DNA of 57,462 nt, filler included, from Sphacelaria rigidula (taxonomy: Eukaryota): NCBI GenBank assembly GCA_964200075.2. It is 5 parts of 5 records of this genome, joined end to end, with 100 filler letters (N's around TTAATTAATTAA, not from the genome) between each part and the next. Parts side by side here need not be neighbours in the genome. Positions count along the whole stretch, not along the records: positions 11,514 to 22,926 come from CAXNAA020004946.1; positions 23,027 to 34,438 come from CAXNAA020004947.1; 3 more parts are not named here. The stretch is one strand, 5' to 3'. The notes beneath the pieces are model-generated. The model was given only the letters and a program-made list of their open reading frames with translations. It was not told where the DNA came from and ran no database searches. The translations under genes and the position numbers were made by a program. Shown in pieces: positions 13,096 to 24,990 of the stretch (positions are counted from its first letter, which is position 1; each line of letters starts with the position of its first letter).

Positions 13096-13364
13096 GAGGG
13101 GGGTTGCACATCAACTGGGGGTCTGCCGTTCGGGAAATACCACCCCCCTGCGTTTCCTGTTCCGACGGTTTCGAGAGATTGAGCTACTATGACGAAAAAT
13201 AAACAAAAACATCGAGCGTATCGATATTCGATATTCGATATATTGATACATATCACATATATCGATTTTCTACGCTCCGATACCGATTGGCATATCGCCA
13301 ATATTTATCGAAATCTTATCGATTATCGATATCCGATGTGCAACCCTGCCTCCCACGCATTACA
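11656..13364. mobile_element. CCCTAA-bearing MITE (TGTAAT...ATTACA ends), interrupted by a nested hAT-like element
   Basis: TIR taatgcgtgagaggatcgcgtgc / gcatgcggtcctctcac..gcatta; 5-bp TSD gttca/gttta. Confidence 0.75.
11848..13348. mobile_element. Non-autonomous hAT-like DNA transposon
   Basis: TIRs gagggttgcatgtcgga / tccgatgtgcaaccctg; 8-bp TSD cctctcac/cctcccac; ATCGAT-rich subterminal repeats at both ends. Confidence 0.75.
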
Positions 13365-14342
13365 GTTTATGATTTCACGTGAACCGTCACAAGATGTACC
13401 GCAATATGTCGTGGAGCCGAAGAATGATCGGATGATCACGGGATCTATTGAAACCTTCTTGTTGTCTGTATTTCTCACAATGCACCAACCCATAACGACT
13501 ATCGAAGACATGGGTCGGTGACTGTCCGCGGCGGTAGAGTAGTGCAAAGCCCCGCATGCTAACCGCACAATTCGATAAATCCGAGTACAGTCTACAGTAC
13601 GACATCCAAGAAACTTTGGTGACGAGCCTTGGACGAGCACATATACTTTTTGCCGGACAAACGATCACGTACGGCAGCCTACTCGAGATGGGAAGTATTC
13701 GGCATCGTCAACAGCAGCCCTGACAAGTTCACAGCTCCTGAACTAGAATATGATTCAGTCGAGGTGAGCCCCGGGAATTTGGAGGAGGCGGCGATGGGTT
13801 TGTGGTCTTCCGCAAACCGGCGCAACCAAGGTGGACTCTGATGCGGTCCCCTAAACACCTGGAAGATACCCCGGGGAAACCTGGATCCGGGGAATTTGAA
13901 GGAGTCGGTAATGTTTGTGTCACTCCGCAAATATGTGTGACTATCCCGAGAAGTGCCTGCCCACGCCGCTTAAAACATGCCTGAGCCGAACGAACTTGAG
14001 TCCGGGGAAGATTCGGATGCGGTAGTTCCGGACAATCTCTGCCGTATCAACTACACCAGCAGAGCTAACCGGCGCACGCTGGAACCGATACTACTGCGCT
14101 GTACGATCTTCGAGAAATTCCACGGGGCCTTGAAAATTTCAAAGCTCTCACGCGCTCACATCGATGCAACCGTACATTCCCCACGTCTAGATTCTGCCAT
14201 ATAACTACTGCCGGGACTGACTACTAGTGCCCGGGTGGACTCCCCCCCTCCTACTCATTCACATATCTCCCTCCCCTTCACCAAGTACCTTCGCTATATC
14301 CCACCAAAAGTGCTTTCCTCGCCTACTTGCAAAGCTCAAGAC

Positions 14343-14403
14343 ATGCTACGCTGTCTCGCTCTCCTCGTACTGATCGCGGTCACCGTGATGGGCGCGTCTG
14401 CTG
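14343..14403 (+). CDS. Secreted F5/8 type C-like protein, exon 1 (signal peptide)
   Basis: ATG; MLRCLALLVLIAVTVMGASA then G|gtgaga, phase 1. Confidence 0.75.
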
Positions 14404-15868
14404 GTGAGAGATCTCTGTGTACGTGCCTGCGTGATAGTTCCGGCGCACCACTTCGGTGGCTGTTATGATATGAACCCGCGGTCGAGGGGAAAAAAAGGTA
14501 TCTTGGCGCACTTGAAGTTGAGCGTGGCGGAAGGCAAGCTACTATAGAGGGGAGGATACTTTCATGCTATCGTTCGGAACAAATGCCTTGAACATAGTTT
14601 GTACCGCTTTTGTAACTGTTTCGACAACGACATATGCCTACGCGCGAGGATTTGCCTTCCGAGAAGCACACGGTGTGAGATCCGAGTGCCACTATTATGG
14701 GGACAGTTTACTATTTCCTTGACCCTGTGTGTCAAGTGGCCGTGCTACGAAGCCACGTCAATCCATCTCTCAGTGTATATTTTGTACACAAAAACGCTTG
14801 GACAGTTACGACTCTGAAAATCTGTTTTTGCTTCAACGCCTTTGCTACATCAACTCCATGATCGCGGCAAGGTGCGTAATGGATTGGTCGACGTTGAACA
14901 ATGAACCAATGATTCCTCGGTCAACCCATCCGTACCTACAGCACCTCTTGGTAGTGTCTACATGAGGGCAGCAACTTCGTCCTCCCCTCACTCACCATGT
15001 CCTGTTCCATGGGATCGCTCCGTTGCAGCTTCTCTCGTACGATACTGTTAGGTGAACCGACACTCTACATGTCCTCTTGCATTTTGATGCTCGTGCAGTT
15101 TTTTTTGTGAAAACGGAAGGGCAGAACGTGGTCGGTCGCTTCTACATCCGTTGAGATTCATGTGACCTGCACGACAATCGTAGATATATTTTTTCCCTGC
15201 ATCTCAGAAGTAGGTAGATACCATTGTTAAAAGGCGTGAGCGGACTGCGTGCTTTTTGGACCCCATCCTACCTACTTGAAACACCCCCGATGATTAGTGT
15301 GAGGATTAGGGTTAGTTTCACGGTAACGATAGTTTGGGGTAGACGCGCGAAAAATACCTGGACTTTCATCTAGATACGATGTAAACAATGGGCGCATAGA
15401 TGAAGCCTAGATTCCACCCCAACAGTAGGTCACGTGATAACAAGCATCCATCCAAACGAGGTCTAGGTGTGCTCGAGCATTGAACGCGCGATCTATTAAT
15501 GGTAGAGGCAGTATTGGCGGATATCCCACGACCGTAGCTCTTCAGCATTTCAAACATGGCTGCAGCGCGACTTTGCGCGCTACCTCACAGCCCCAAACCG
15601 AATGATACAATTGTAATGCGTGTGCGAACCTCGTGCTCTTTTGACCGCATCAATTTCAAAACACCCCGGGAACGACGTTTGTCGACATCGCTTGGGTCAG
15701 TGCCTGCAGAGACCGCACACCAGACACCATTCAATGACCCCTTCAGTAGGTGTTCGAAATTATCCGTTGATCCACATTGACGGGGTTCCCGTGGTGTTCG
15801 GGTGCATGGGCTACGTTCTTGTTGATGGTCAAGCATCACCACCGTCTCTTCCGATGGTGTCGTCTTCC

Positions 15869-16140
15869 GGGTCATGCTACGGTAGGGGGGGGGGGGGGGG
15901 GGGGGGTTCGATTCGACGAAAAATGTGCTCATAATAATGCGTCAAACGACCTAAAACACTTGCGGTGCGCGGGTATTTAGGTAAAACAGTGTAAAGTATG
16001 AATGAGCGTTATTAATCGGAAGCGAGCGCGTTCGAACAACTATTGGCTGCTTTCAACGGCGATTAAAGCGGAATTTCGTGGAATAAAATGGCCCAAAATA
16101 TGCCCCCCCTCCCCCCGCCCCCTTTATCGTAGCATGACTC
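15869..16140. mobile_element. MITE with G(A/G)GTCATGCTACG TIRs; second partial copy from 22394
   Basis: gggtcatgctacggtagggg / cccctttatcgtagcatgactc; 4-bp TSD ttcc/ttcc. Confidence 0.75.
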
Positions 16141-16744
16141 TTCCCCTACCTCGCTCCGCCGCATGGATACGTGATCCCAGTGACTGGAGTACGCCTATTT
16201 CTCCTGGGAGATGGGGGATTGTAATCGTCAGTGCTGCACTTGAACTTTACGATAACCATCCCAACCTTTCGAACACACTAATGTGTGGGTAGATTCCCTG
16301 GTGTCCATGAGGTAATGTTAACTCACCGCTGGGCATGAGATGTTGAAGTATATCTTAGTCCAGCCACCATTTTGGTGCCGCCAACATCACTGGGCAAGAA
16401 GGAGCATATCTCCGTACTCACACCCAACCATCTATTTGCGAAAGCTGACTAATGAAGGGTCAATGCAAACATTACCGACACCTACCACACCTGGTGAAGT
16501 TCGGTTTCGATGTGCACGTTCACCACACCGACACTCTTCCACGGCATAACCGGCAGAATCATGTGCGTGATTGTAACATTTGTCGGCGAGGAGCACAATG
16601 CTAGCATACCTCAATGGCGTACTTTACGTTCCCTCGTGGGGTAAACCCATGGGGACGATGACAACGAGATAGAAGTCGGCGCCTTCCATTTTCCTGATAC
16701 CTAACGATGATCACGCCCGCTCTTCGTACCCCCGATCCCTTTAG

Positions 16745-16941
16745 CCTACGTGGATGCCGAAGAAAAAACTGACGTGGACGTGTCGTACTGCAGCGCCTAC
16801 GATCCTGATGACTGCGGTTCGGACGGGTGCAAATGCGAAAAAACCCGCGATGGGAATTTTGCGTCCTACTCTCGCTGGTCCTGCGCATACGATATCTCTG
16901 GAAAGTCCTGCGAAGTGTGCTACACGTTCGATGAACCCCAG
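16745..16941 (+). CDS. Secreted F5/8 type C-like protein, exon 2
   Basis: tag|(A)YVDAEEKTDVDVSYCSAYDPDDCGSDGCKCEKTRDGNFASYSRWSCAYDISGKSCEVCYTFDEPQ|gtacgg; DG..SRWS motif of discoidin/CBM32 folds. Confidence 0.85.
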
Positions 16942-17471
16942 GTACGGTGATCATGTCCCGTATATGCCTCGACTGCTGTGGTAAACCGCGTGGCAGTATT
17001 CAGACGCATACATCGTTGTAGCATTTGAGACGGAGCTCCCGGCAAAGGCCCAGTACAGGCTGTTCACCACGTACATCGGAAAATGGGAAGACTGCGCATC
17101 CTCAGTCTGCGGAGCCACGGAACTTGCCGCGGAAGACATACGTATCACCGAACTGTGTTTGGATGGTACATCGATGATGAAGATACACAGTTATGGTTTA
17201 CGAGAGATACGTGGTCAACGTCTTGAGAGGTTGGTCAAGAATTGGTCGAAACTGTCGATATCCCGCCAGATATGGAGGTTTTAATTCTCGGAAGTGTAGG
17301 GGCAAAGGGACATACATACATCACAACTGTCGCGAAAAAGAGCTGCCTGAAAACATACAGGTATATAGTCAAGTGTAGGCAAGTCACACATACCACACCC
17401 GTCAGTAGTGCAACTTCTGCGATAGCTTACGCACGAATATTTCTGTTCGGCATTGGCAACATGACGTAAAA

Positions 17472-17523
17472 ACCGGAGACTACTGTGAAGAAAGTCGACC
17501 GGAGACTACTGTGAAGAAAGTCG
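17472..17523. repeat. Perfect 26-bp tandem duplication at the start of a SINE-body-like repeat
   Basis: accggagactactgtgaagaaagtcg x2. Confidence 0.85.
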
Positions 17524-18235
17524 ACGCGGTGCGGTGGTGCCTATCCAATCTATGGCACCAAAAATGGTTATAATAGTGATGTCCCTGACGATGATGGGAA
17601 TTACGCACTGAGGAGTAATGACTTGCGCCAAGAACGGGGGGCGCAAATGACTGAAAAGGCAAGGGGATGGGTTTCTTGCCTTTGACTGAACAAAAGTAGC
17701 AGCAGGTGCCTCGCTATGTATTGAATAACGAACGCGGGTACAAAATGGCCGCCGGAAGCGAACAGGGTACCCACTGCTAGAGTCATCCAATCAAGTGCAG
17801 AATATAAATGCCCGAGGCATTTACCGGAAAGCAAAACATGCGGGAGGCTGGAAGCTGCGAGGTACCCGATTCTTTCTCGAATATGGACGCCCAGACAACG
17901 GAACGATAGCGGGAAATGCCCGCACAAACATGTAGATCGAATGTTCAAGCAGTCGCTTCAAAGTGGATTGCTATTTTCGTTGTACGGTTTCGACGATTGG
18001 GGCGCGGTGGCCAATGAACACGAATTACAACCTTCCGTTGTATGTGTGTGCAAACATTGAGAACCAAACTTCAAGAATCGGTTTGAATTCTTGCGAAAGA
18101 CCCAATTCTGGGGGGGAATGCGTGAACCCGCTCGTACCTTCTCCAGTATCACTGATCGTTCCCTCATAACAGCGCATTTGGACCTACCCACTCTTCGTCA
18201 TGTACCGTCTCTACGACGAACGTCGGTCGACACAG

Positions 18236-18460
18236 GACATTAGGTGGCTGAAGATGGCCTTGTACAAGGGCGACGAACGAACGAGAACGTTCGAAGTTAA
18301 GCTCGACAATACCAACGGCGTTGATGACAAGGACTTTGAGTTCACCTCTGGCGGATATACCGAGGGCTTCGAGTACTACACACTCGACAGCGACGAGACG
18401 CAGGAGCTGTGCATTGAGCCGAAGGGCCTGAGCGAGTCCGAGTGGTTCAGCGTTATCGAG
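18236..18460 (+). CDS. Secreted F5/8 type C-like protein, exon 3
   Basis: cag|DIRWLKMALYKGDERTRTFEVKLD...TSGGYTEGFEYYTLDSDETQELCIEPKGLSESEWFSVIE|gtacga. Confidence 0.85.
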
Positions 18461-18985
18461 GTACGACAAACATAGGACATTCAGGGCCTCGCGCGTAAAG
18501 TTTCCCGTGTGAAAATCAAGGTTTGACGGGTGGGATTTCTTCTGCGTATAATATGTTAGTGTCAACGAAAATAATCGCGAATGAACTGGCGCCAGACTTG
18601 TCGTGCACTTCAGCGACTTTCCCATTTGCTATTTCGACAGACTTGTAGCGTCTCTCGTCTTACCCCCCATCCGCTCAATGTAATGAAGGGAATGCATTCG
18701 CAGGCATAGGGGTCTTGAACATTCGAAGTGAGCGTTCACAACGCCGACGAACGTTTTGCGTCGCTGTACTTGCCGACTGAGGACTCCGCAATGACAACAT
18801 TCCTCTTCTAAATATGTTGGGGACCAGTTTGTAAAGACATCACGGTCTTGCAATATCGCGATGCGTCCATCATTAATACCGATCTGGGAGATCCATATTT
18901 CAAGTTGAGCCCGGTGTTGGTGCAAGTGTGAGTATTCTTGTACTTGCAGTCAGAGTATGAGTTTAGGTTGGGGCTAGGGCCAGGG

Positions 18986-19202
18986 TACAATGCATGGGAG
19001 GATCGCGCGCTTTATGGACCGCATCGGAGTTCAAAATACCCCGAGGCCGACGGTTTTCAAGGCCGCTCGGGCCAGTCCTGTAAGGGACCGCGCCCGTGAC
19101 GCTGACCCTTACCCTAACTCTAACTCTAACCCTAACCCTATTCGGAGGGGTGTTCAAACCCCGATGCGGTCCATAAAGCACGCGGGCCTCCCACGCATTG
19201 TA
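18986..19202. mobile_element. CCCTAA-bearing MITE copy
   Basis: tacaatgcatgggagg / cctcccacgcattgta TIRs; internal ccctaactctaactctaaccctaacccta. Confidence 0.8.
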
Positions 19203-19726
19203 AGGGTCCGGGTGAGGGAAAAGATGAGGAAGATCCATGGTAAACATGGGTTTCCACACCCATGGTACTTGTGCATTTGTCCCGGATGAACCTGCATATT
19301 TCAGATGCATATCCCATATGAACATGATGAATATGGATGTCCATCAGAGAGAACCATCAGTACGAGATGCCCATGGAAATTCATGATGCACAACCAATTT
19401 ATCATGGATATTTCAGAAGGATATTGGATCCATAGTGGACATCCATCACGAACGTCATCGCCGTTATGCATAATATCTCGGATTGATATCTGCATCCATC
19501 ATGGATATTCATCAAGGGGATCGCATACCCCGGATGGATATACCCCAAATGAACACCCATATCTATGATGATTAGCACACGATAATTCAAGCCTCTTCAT
19601 CACGTGACGATGATCTGCGTGGTGACCGAGATCTATTGGGGAATAGCATTCTGCTTTATAGGTATCCACTCGCGCTACTTGACGTATCACTGACCTCAAT
19701 GCGCGCACATATGATACCCCAGCGCT

Positions 19727-19975
19727 GACACTTTCTACGATAGCCCCCCCCCCAAAAGTGCATGTTTTGCGGGTGCAAAATCTCCACGTAAACCGAAATG
19801 GGAAAGGCCGAGCACAACGAGCAGCTGGGAATTCCCACGCTTGGGTTGGCTCTAGCCAATGTCGCCAATATGAAGCGCTTTATGCAGCCTGAACACAAAC
19901 ATCAGGCGCTATATGGCAATTTTTTTAGTGGCACTTTTGTGCTGGTTTTGGGGGGGGGCTATCGTAGAAAGCGTC
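19727..19975. mobile_element. MITE with GACACTTTCTACGATAGCCCCC TIRs; second copy 27098-27346
   Basis: TIRs, 4-bp TSD cgct/cgct, internal sequence shared with the contig-3 copy. Confidence 0.85.
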
Positions 19976-20039
19976 CGCTGTCCCTCAGGACGTCTTTCCC
20001 GTCGACGCGTGATCGTGTTCGTGCATGCGATATTTGCAG

Positions 20040-20063
20040 ATGGAATTCATGGTTTTGGAGTAA
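20040..20063 (+). CDS. Secreted F5/8 type C-like protein, terminal exon 4
   Basis: ttgcag|ATG GAA TTC ATG GTT TTG GAG TAA = MEFMVLE*, supplying the expected final beta strand; total CDS 507 nt. Confidence 0.7.
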   Translation: MEFMVLE

Positions 20064-21454
20064 CGACGCCTGCGACCGGGCCGTAATGAAAGGACGGCGG
20101 CTGATGACACACTACCAAGTACAAGCATGATATGGTCAGCGCAAAGTGCGGATTCGACACCTGTACTAAGCCTCATCGACTATCCCATTTTTTTGCTGTT
20201 GTACATTCACTGCATGTTCAGGCATATGTTGATACTAAATTTCTGAGGGGAAGTCGAGGTTTGGGCAGAACTACGAGTGAGCGCTCGATTCCGAGGTCAC
20301 TGAGTGCTACTCATGAAGACGAGAATATCTCTCCGTAACAAATATCATTAGATATTCCGATAGAATATCCGTACCATCTTCGTAAGTTGGGTAGATTATC
20401 TGCTGGCAGAGGGCAAGTGCGTGTGGAGGTTTACGTGTGAAATGACGGGAGTTTGTTTTTAACATGATTGATAGTATGCAGCCAGAAATATACTGCCGCG
20501 TTTCTGGCCGGGCGACGTGTCCCGGGACAGTTTGGCTTCATTATCATTTTTTGCGGCTCATGGTATGATACCTGGTACCGTCATGATCTCCGGCGAATAT
20601 GCCGCCCCACCACCGGCGCATCGATCGACATCACGTGTAAATAGGGCAAATGATACAAGCACCTCCTGTAGAAGTGATGGGTGTTCAGTCCCTTTTCAGC
20701 TGCATCGCTGTCTCCGTAGGTGGTGGCACACAATGTGTTCGCGCATAACAGTGCTGATATGTCGTGGAGTAAAAAAGGCACAACTGTGGACGGGCACGTC
20801 AGCGTTGCCATCGCAACGTCACTATCTAGATTAATCGACGAGCAGGGTATGACGACGACTACACGTTTGTTGTATTGGGTGCGTTCATTGCTGATGAAAA
20901 TATAGAAATGAACCGATGTGTGGTTGTGTACAGGGTGATGGATATTATTGGTATGCCTACTGACCCAAAGCTAGCATGAGGGGGGGAGGGCCTCGTTCTT
21001 CCGGTGCAATGAGTGAGGTAGAGTCAACGGCATGAGAAATATTGATGAGTAGGGGCGTTCACGATCGGTCGACGGACGAGGGCAGTTGGGCAGTGTGTTG
21101 TAGAGTCCAATCGGATGTGGTAGGCGGCACATGAGAGCAAATCCATTCCATAGACTCCATTTTCAGCGCGTGTCTTTTTTCTTCTATACCGTGGCTCGAA
21201 AACTCACTGACCGTGGCGGATTTGGAGGTACTTATGATATACACAGGGTCACCATGAACGTGTGGCCAGTGCGGTCCAGACTGAGAAATGCAGCCATGAC
21301 ACTGTATCATGTCTTGCAAAGCACGTGGTGCCTTACAATCTGCACGGACACTATCTGATCCTTTGCTACCAACAACACTGCGGAACAAAAGGATACATGT
21401 TTGGGCTCGGCCCGTCCTGCAGACTTGGTATCGACGAAAGACTTTGAAACGAAC

Positions 21455-21654
21455 TGTAATACTGCGTGAGGGTAGTTCGAATCACCTCAGGATTGACGTT
21501 TTTCAAAACAAATCAGGCCAGTCCCTTCAGGTACCACGCCCCTGATCCTAACCTTAAACACTAACACTAACCCTAACCCCGACCCTAACCCTATCCCCGA
21601 GGGTGGTTATATTCCGATGCGACCCCTGAGCACGCGGTCCTCTCACGCATTCCA
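21455..21654. mobile_element. CCCTAA-bearing MITE copy (degenerate)
   Basis: tgtaatactgcgtgag / gcacgcggtcctctcacgcattcca; internal ccctaa repeats. Confidence 0.7.
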
Positions 21655-21889
21655 CGGGGGAGGAGACGTGAACCTTCCACTGTCGCAATCGAAACTCTGA
21701 CTTCCTGCCGTGCAAGATATTTGCCACCTTCACATGCATTGTGAATCTATAGTAGTGTGTATCGCAATCTGAACAACTATTCAGCAGCTAAACTGCAGCA
21801 TGATGGAAATATCGGCCGTAAAGTCTGCATGTCTACTGTGTTCGATGCTGCTGGTGTAGTGCGTGGGAGGACCGCGTGCTTTTTGAATG

Positions 21890-22181
21890 TTTCCGGGCTC
21901 GGCTGTAGGTGATTCGAGAAGTTGGGCGCTGAAATTTCAACACGCCATTTTTATCAATACACACAACCTTCTGGGGGATGCAACGAAAAAAGGGGGGGGA
22001 AAGTTTAAGCGATTTAAAGTTTCTGCAAAAACTGGAAAAGTGCTAAAACTCCGGGATAAGGAAGACATACGTCGTTATCCCTGCGGGTGTTGTGCGCACT
22101 TGTGTGCAGGAGATTATCCGAGTGCAATTTCGGCCAAAATACCTGAAATTAGGCGTAGCAGGGCACTTTTTGTGTGACACC
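21890..22181 (-). repeat. Dispersed repeat homologous to 34061-34345
   Basis: Reverse complement begins ggtgtcacacaaaaagtgccctgct and aligns over ~290 bp. Confidence 0.8.
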
Positions 22182-22593
22182 GCTTCGCCCCTTTAATCCG
22201 AGTGAAAAATGAGACTCCATTTATGGAGGTCACGAGTTCGAATCTCGACAGATTCCTTTCTTGGGGTCCGTCGGTAAGGTCTTATACTCTGCAGTGCATT
22301 TTATTTTTTCATTCAGTGGCGGCGCCGTGCGTTACCAGGTTGATCTGCAGGTCACACCGATATACTCGAGTCGGGCTGATTTGGTCAACTTGAGAGCCAT
22401 GCTACGATAAAGGGGGGGGGGGGTTCCCCCAAACAAATGTGCTTATGGATCCGTCAAACAATCTAAAACACTAGCGGTGCTCTCGTATTTTGGTAAAAGC
22501 GGTGTGAAGTAGTGTGAATGAGCGTCATGTATCGGGAGCAAGCGCGTTCGAACAACTGTTGGCTGCTTTTTCGTGGAAAAAAATGGCCCAAGA

Positions 22594-22776
22594 TGTAATG
22601 CGCGAGAGGACCGCATCGGAATTTGAACATCCCTAGGGTTAGGGTTAGTGTTAGGCTCATGGTCAGGGGCGTGATGCCTGCAGGGACTGGCCCGAGTGGT
22701 TTTGAAAGACGTCGATCCTGAGGTGTTTTGAACTACGGCGCGGTCCTCTAAGCACGCGGTCCTCTCACGCATTACA
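22594..22776. mobile_element. CCCTAA-bearing MITE copy (inverted), nested in another MITE
   Basis: tgtaatgc...gcattaca termini; perfect 5-bp TSD caaga; internal tagggttagggttag. Confidence 0.85.
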
Positions 22777-22926
22777 CAAGATACCCCTCCCCCATGCAGA
22801 TGCGGGTTAGACACCCGTGAGGCAGTGTAAAAGCCATGGATGTCTCTGGAAGTGACGATACCACAGAATAAAGCCACTCAGTGTTGGCTGTCATCCAAAT
22901 GCAAGATAATCAGTAGGCTTCGGGCC

Positions 22927-23026
22927 NNNNNNNNNNNNNNNNNNNNNNNNNNNNNNNNNNNNNNNNNNNNTTAATTAATTAANNNNNNNNNNNNNNNNNN
23001 NNNNNNNNNNNNNNNNNNNNNNNNNN
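22927..23026. other. Artificial contig spacer
   Basis: N44-TTAATTAATTAA-N44. Confidence 0.97.
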
Positions 23027-24459
23027 CACACGGCTACACCCACACCTGCGTTCTCTGATTAATTTGCTCGCGCGTGAGAAAAAGGAAGACCCCCCCCCCC
23101 CCCCCCCCCCCCCCTCGTAGCATCAATCTGGAAATAAACGGATAGGGCGGGGCGCTCAGTGCCAAGGGGTCTCCGAGGATTTATCATCGTGAGCGAAAGG
23201 TGTCGACGCAAGCCATACAAGGACGAGAAGGACAAACGGCAAGCGATGGTGCGGTTTAGGTGGGATGTTGAGATCAGAGAATGCGTCTGTTTGGCAATTA
23301 GGTGCATGCATGCGCCTTGTTTTGCGGCAGTGAATGACACGGTTGAACACGCGATTGTTGAGTAGCAGACACACCTAGAAGGCTTCCACGGAGATGAAAC
23401 CGAAAGTGAACAATTGGGAAAATGGACTACAAACCAAGCATGAAACGGCCGTTCTTTTGATCCCCGATTGACGGCGCTGTGAAGCCAGAGACACCCATTC
23501 ATCGCCGCGAGGATAACAGTCATCTTCTGCTCTGCTAAGGTAGCCATGACCACCTGCGTGATTCGCCTTGTGCATCGCTTGATGTCAACAGGTGGGAGGT
23601 TGCATCGACAAGCACCAGCATGTATCATTCTGGAGCGTGCCGTTTGAATGTTTCCCTTTGCCTCCGTAACGGACTTTTGCTGTCGATGTGCTGCGTGCTC
23701 TCGTCTCTATATCGTACAGAAGGTATAGTAGGGTATCAACAAACGCGGTATTACCTCTTGTTTACCATCGAGCTCCTGGGGTGCCTCTTCTACATGATCG
23801 CTCTTTTCACGTTGGCTGTTCATCGTCAATTGTCGGTGCGATAATCTTGCCTGGTTTCGCAATCAGTTGATTGTCAATGTCCATCATACAGTTTAGCACG
23901 GGCTGTGGACAGCACAGTTTTTTAAAAATTATTTTATCCATCACCTCCCGGGTGATGTCTTGACGGAGCCACGGACCCCGAGCCTACGACATAGAGTTGG
24001 TCCGCCCTGGTGTCCACTGACCCGCCTTGACGTCTACATCTCTGAAATTGTACAGCCAGTCGTGACGCAAGTGCAGATTGTGGTCGATTTTCAAGAGACA
24101 GACAAATCTGTGCTACGACACTGCGCATTTACCTTGTGGAAACTACAAGAGCAGGACGTGCATCCGGGGGCGATGCACGAGGTGGATGCGGGGGTTCAGA
24201 GGAGATTGATGTAGGGGATATTGAGGGTGCTGCAGAGGGTGTTACTCAAGTGGTGGATGTTCACACATCATTCCATCCGGAGGCGCGTAAGAGGGCTGCA
24301 AGAGAGCCGACCAAACGCGAATAGTCACAGCTCAAAATAAGACGAAGATACAAGCAGTACCGCTCCTCAAGGCTGGAAAGATGTGAAGAGAGTGCTAGCT
24401 CAGGTACACAGCAGTTAGGATAATAAATAATGGTGGGATAGAGCAGGGGTAAGGCGTGC

Positions 24460-24990
24460 TCACAACGTAGACATTCGACCTTTAAACCAATGAGCGCTCA
24501 CTTTCTATGGCCGCCTCCAACAGCTTCCGGTTTACCGACCTCTATACATCTAGACGTGTTCCTGGTGCCGGCTCTATCTCACCTCCGTGTTTCTTTTTCA
24601 CACGGCACTGTTCTTTTTGTCCTCACTTAAAAACGCCAGGTTCACTTGCAAACTCTGAACTGAATCAGGTCAGCAAATACTATCTTTATTCTGCATTTTG
24701 ACTTGTTTTACCCAGCTCATGTGCTCCCTTTCTCTACACAACACTCTTCGTTTGGTCTTCACTCAGTGACGTCAGCTTCATTTGCAAACTCTGGACTAAA
24801 TCAGCATGCGAGTACTATCTTTAGTTTGCGTAAGGGCTTCTTAAGTGCGGTCTAGAAGGAAAACACGTCAGCGCGGTACAGCCAGCACCAGCAACGCATC
24901 GATAGATACTGAAATCGGTAGATCAGATACTTTTGGACGCGGCATGGCGTGAGCGCTGACTGGTTCAAAGGTCAAACGTCTGCTTTATGA
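24460..24990. mobile_element. MITE-like element with ~42-bp imperfect TIRs and an internal ~55-bp direct repeat
   Basis: agacattcgacctttaaaccaatgagcgctcac / gtgagcgctgactggttcaaaggtcaaacgtct; ttca(c/t)ttgcaaactctg(a/g)act x2. Confidence 0.6.

Noticed and set aside
12947-13202. Gly/Pro-rich ORFs or a G-quadruplex locus
   Set aside because: Poly-G runs around an nn gap; low-quality homopolymer assembly.
14198-14210. TATA box (catataa) upstream of the secreted-protein gene
   Set aside because: Too short to support without TSS data.
19100-19140. True chromosome end
   Set aside because: The CCCTAA repeats are short, degenerate and internal to a MITE.
19798-20130. Duplicated gene family suggested by similar ORFs at 19798 and 27169
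   Set aside because: Both are translations of the same ~250-bp MITE.
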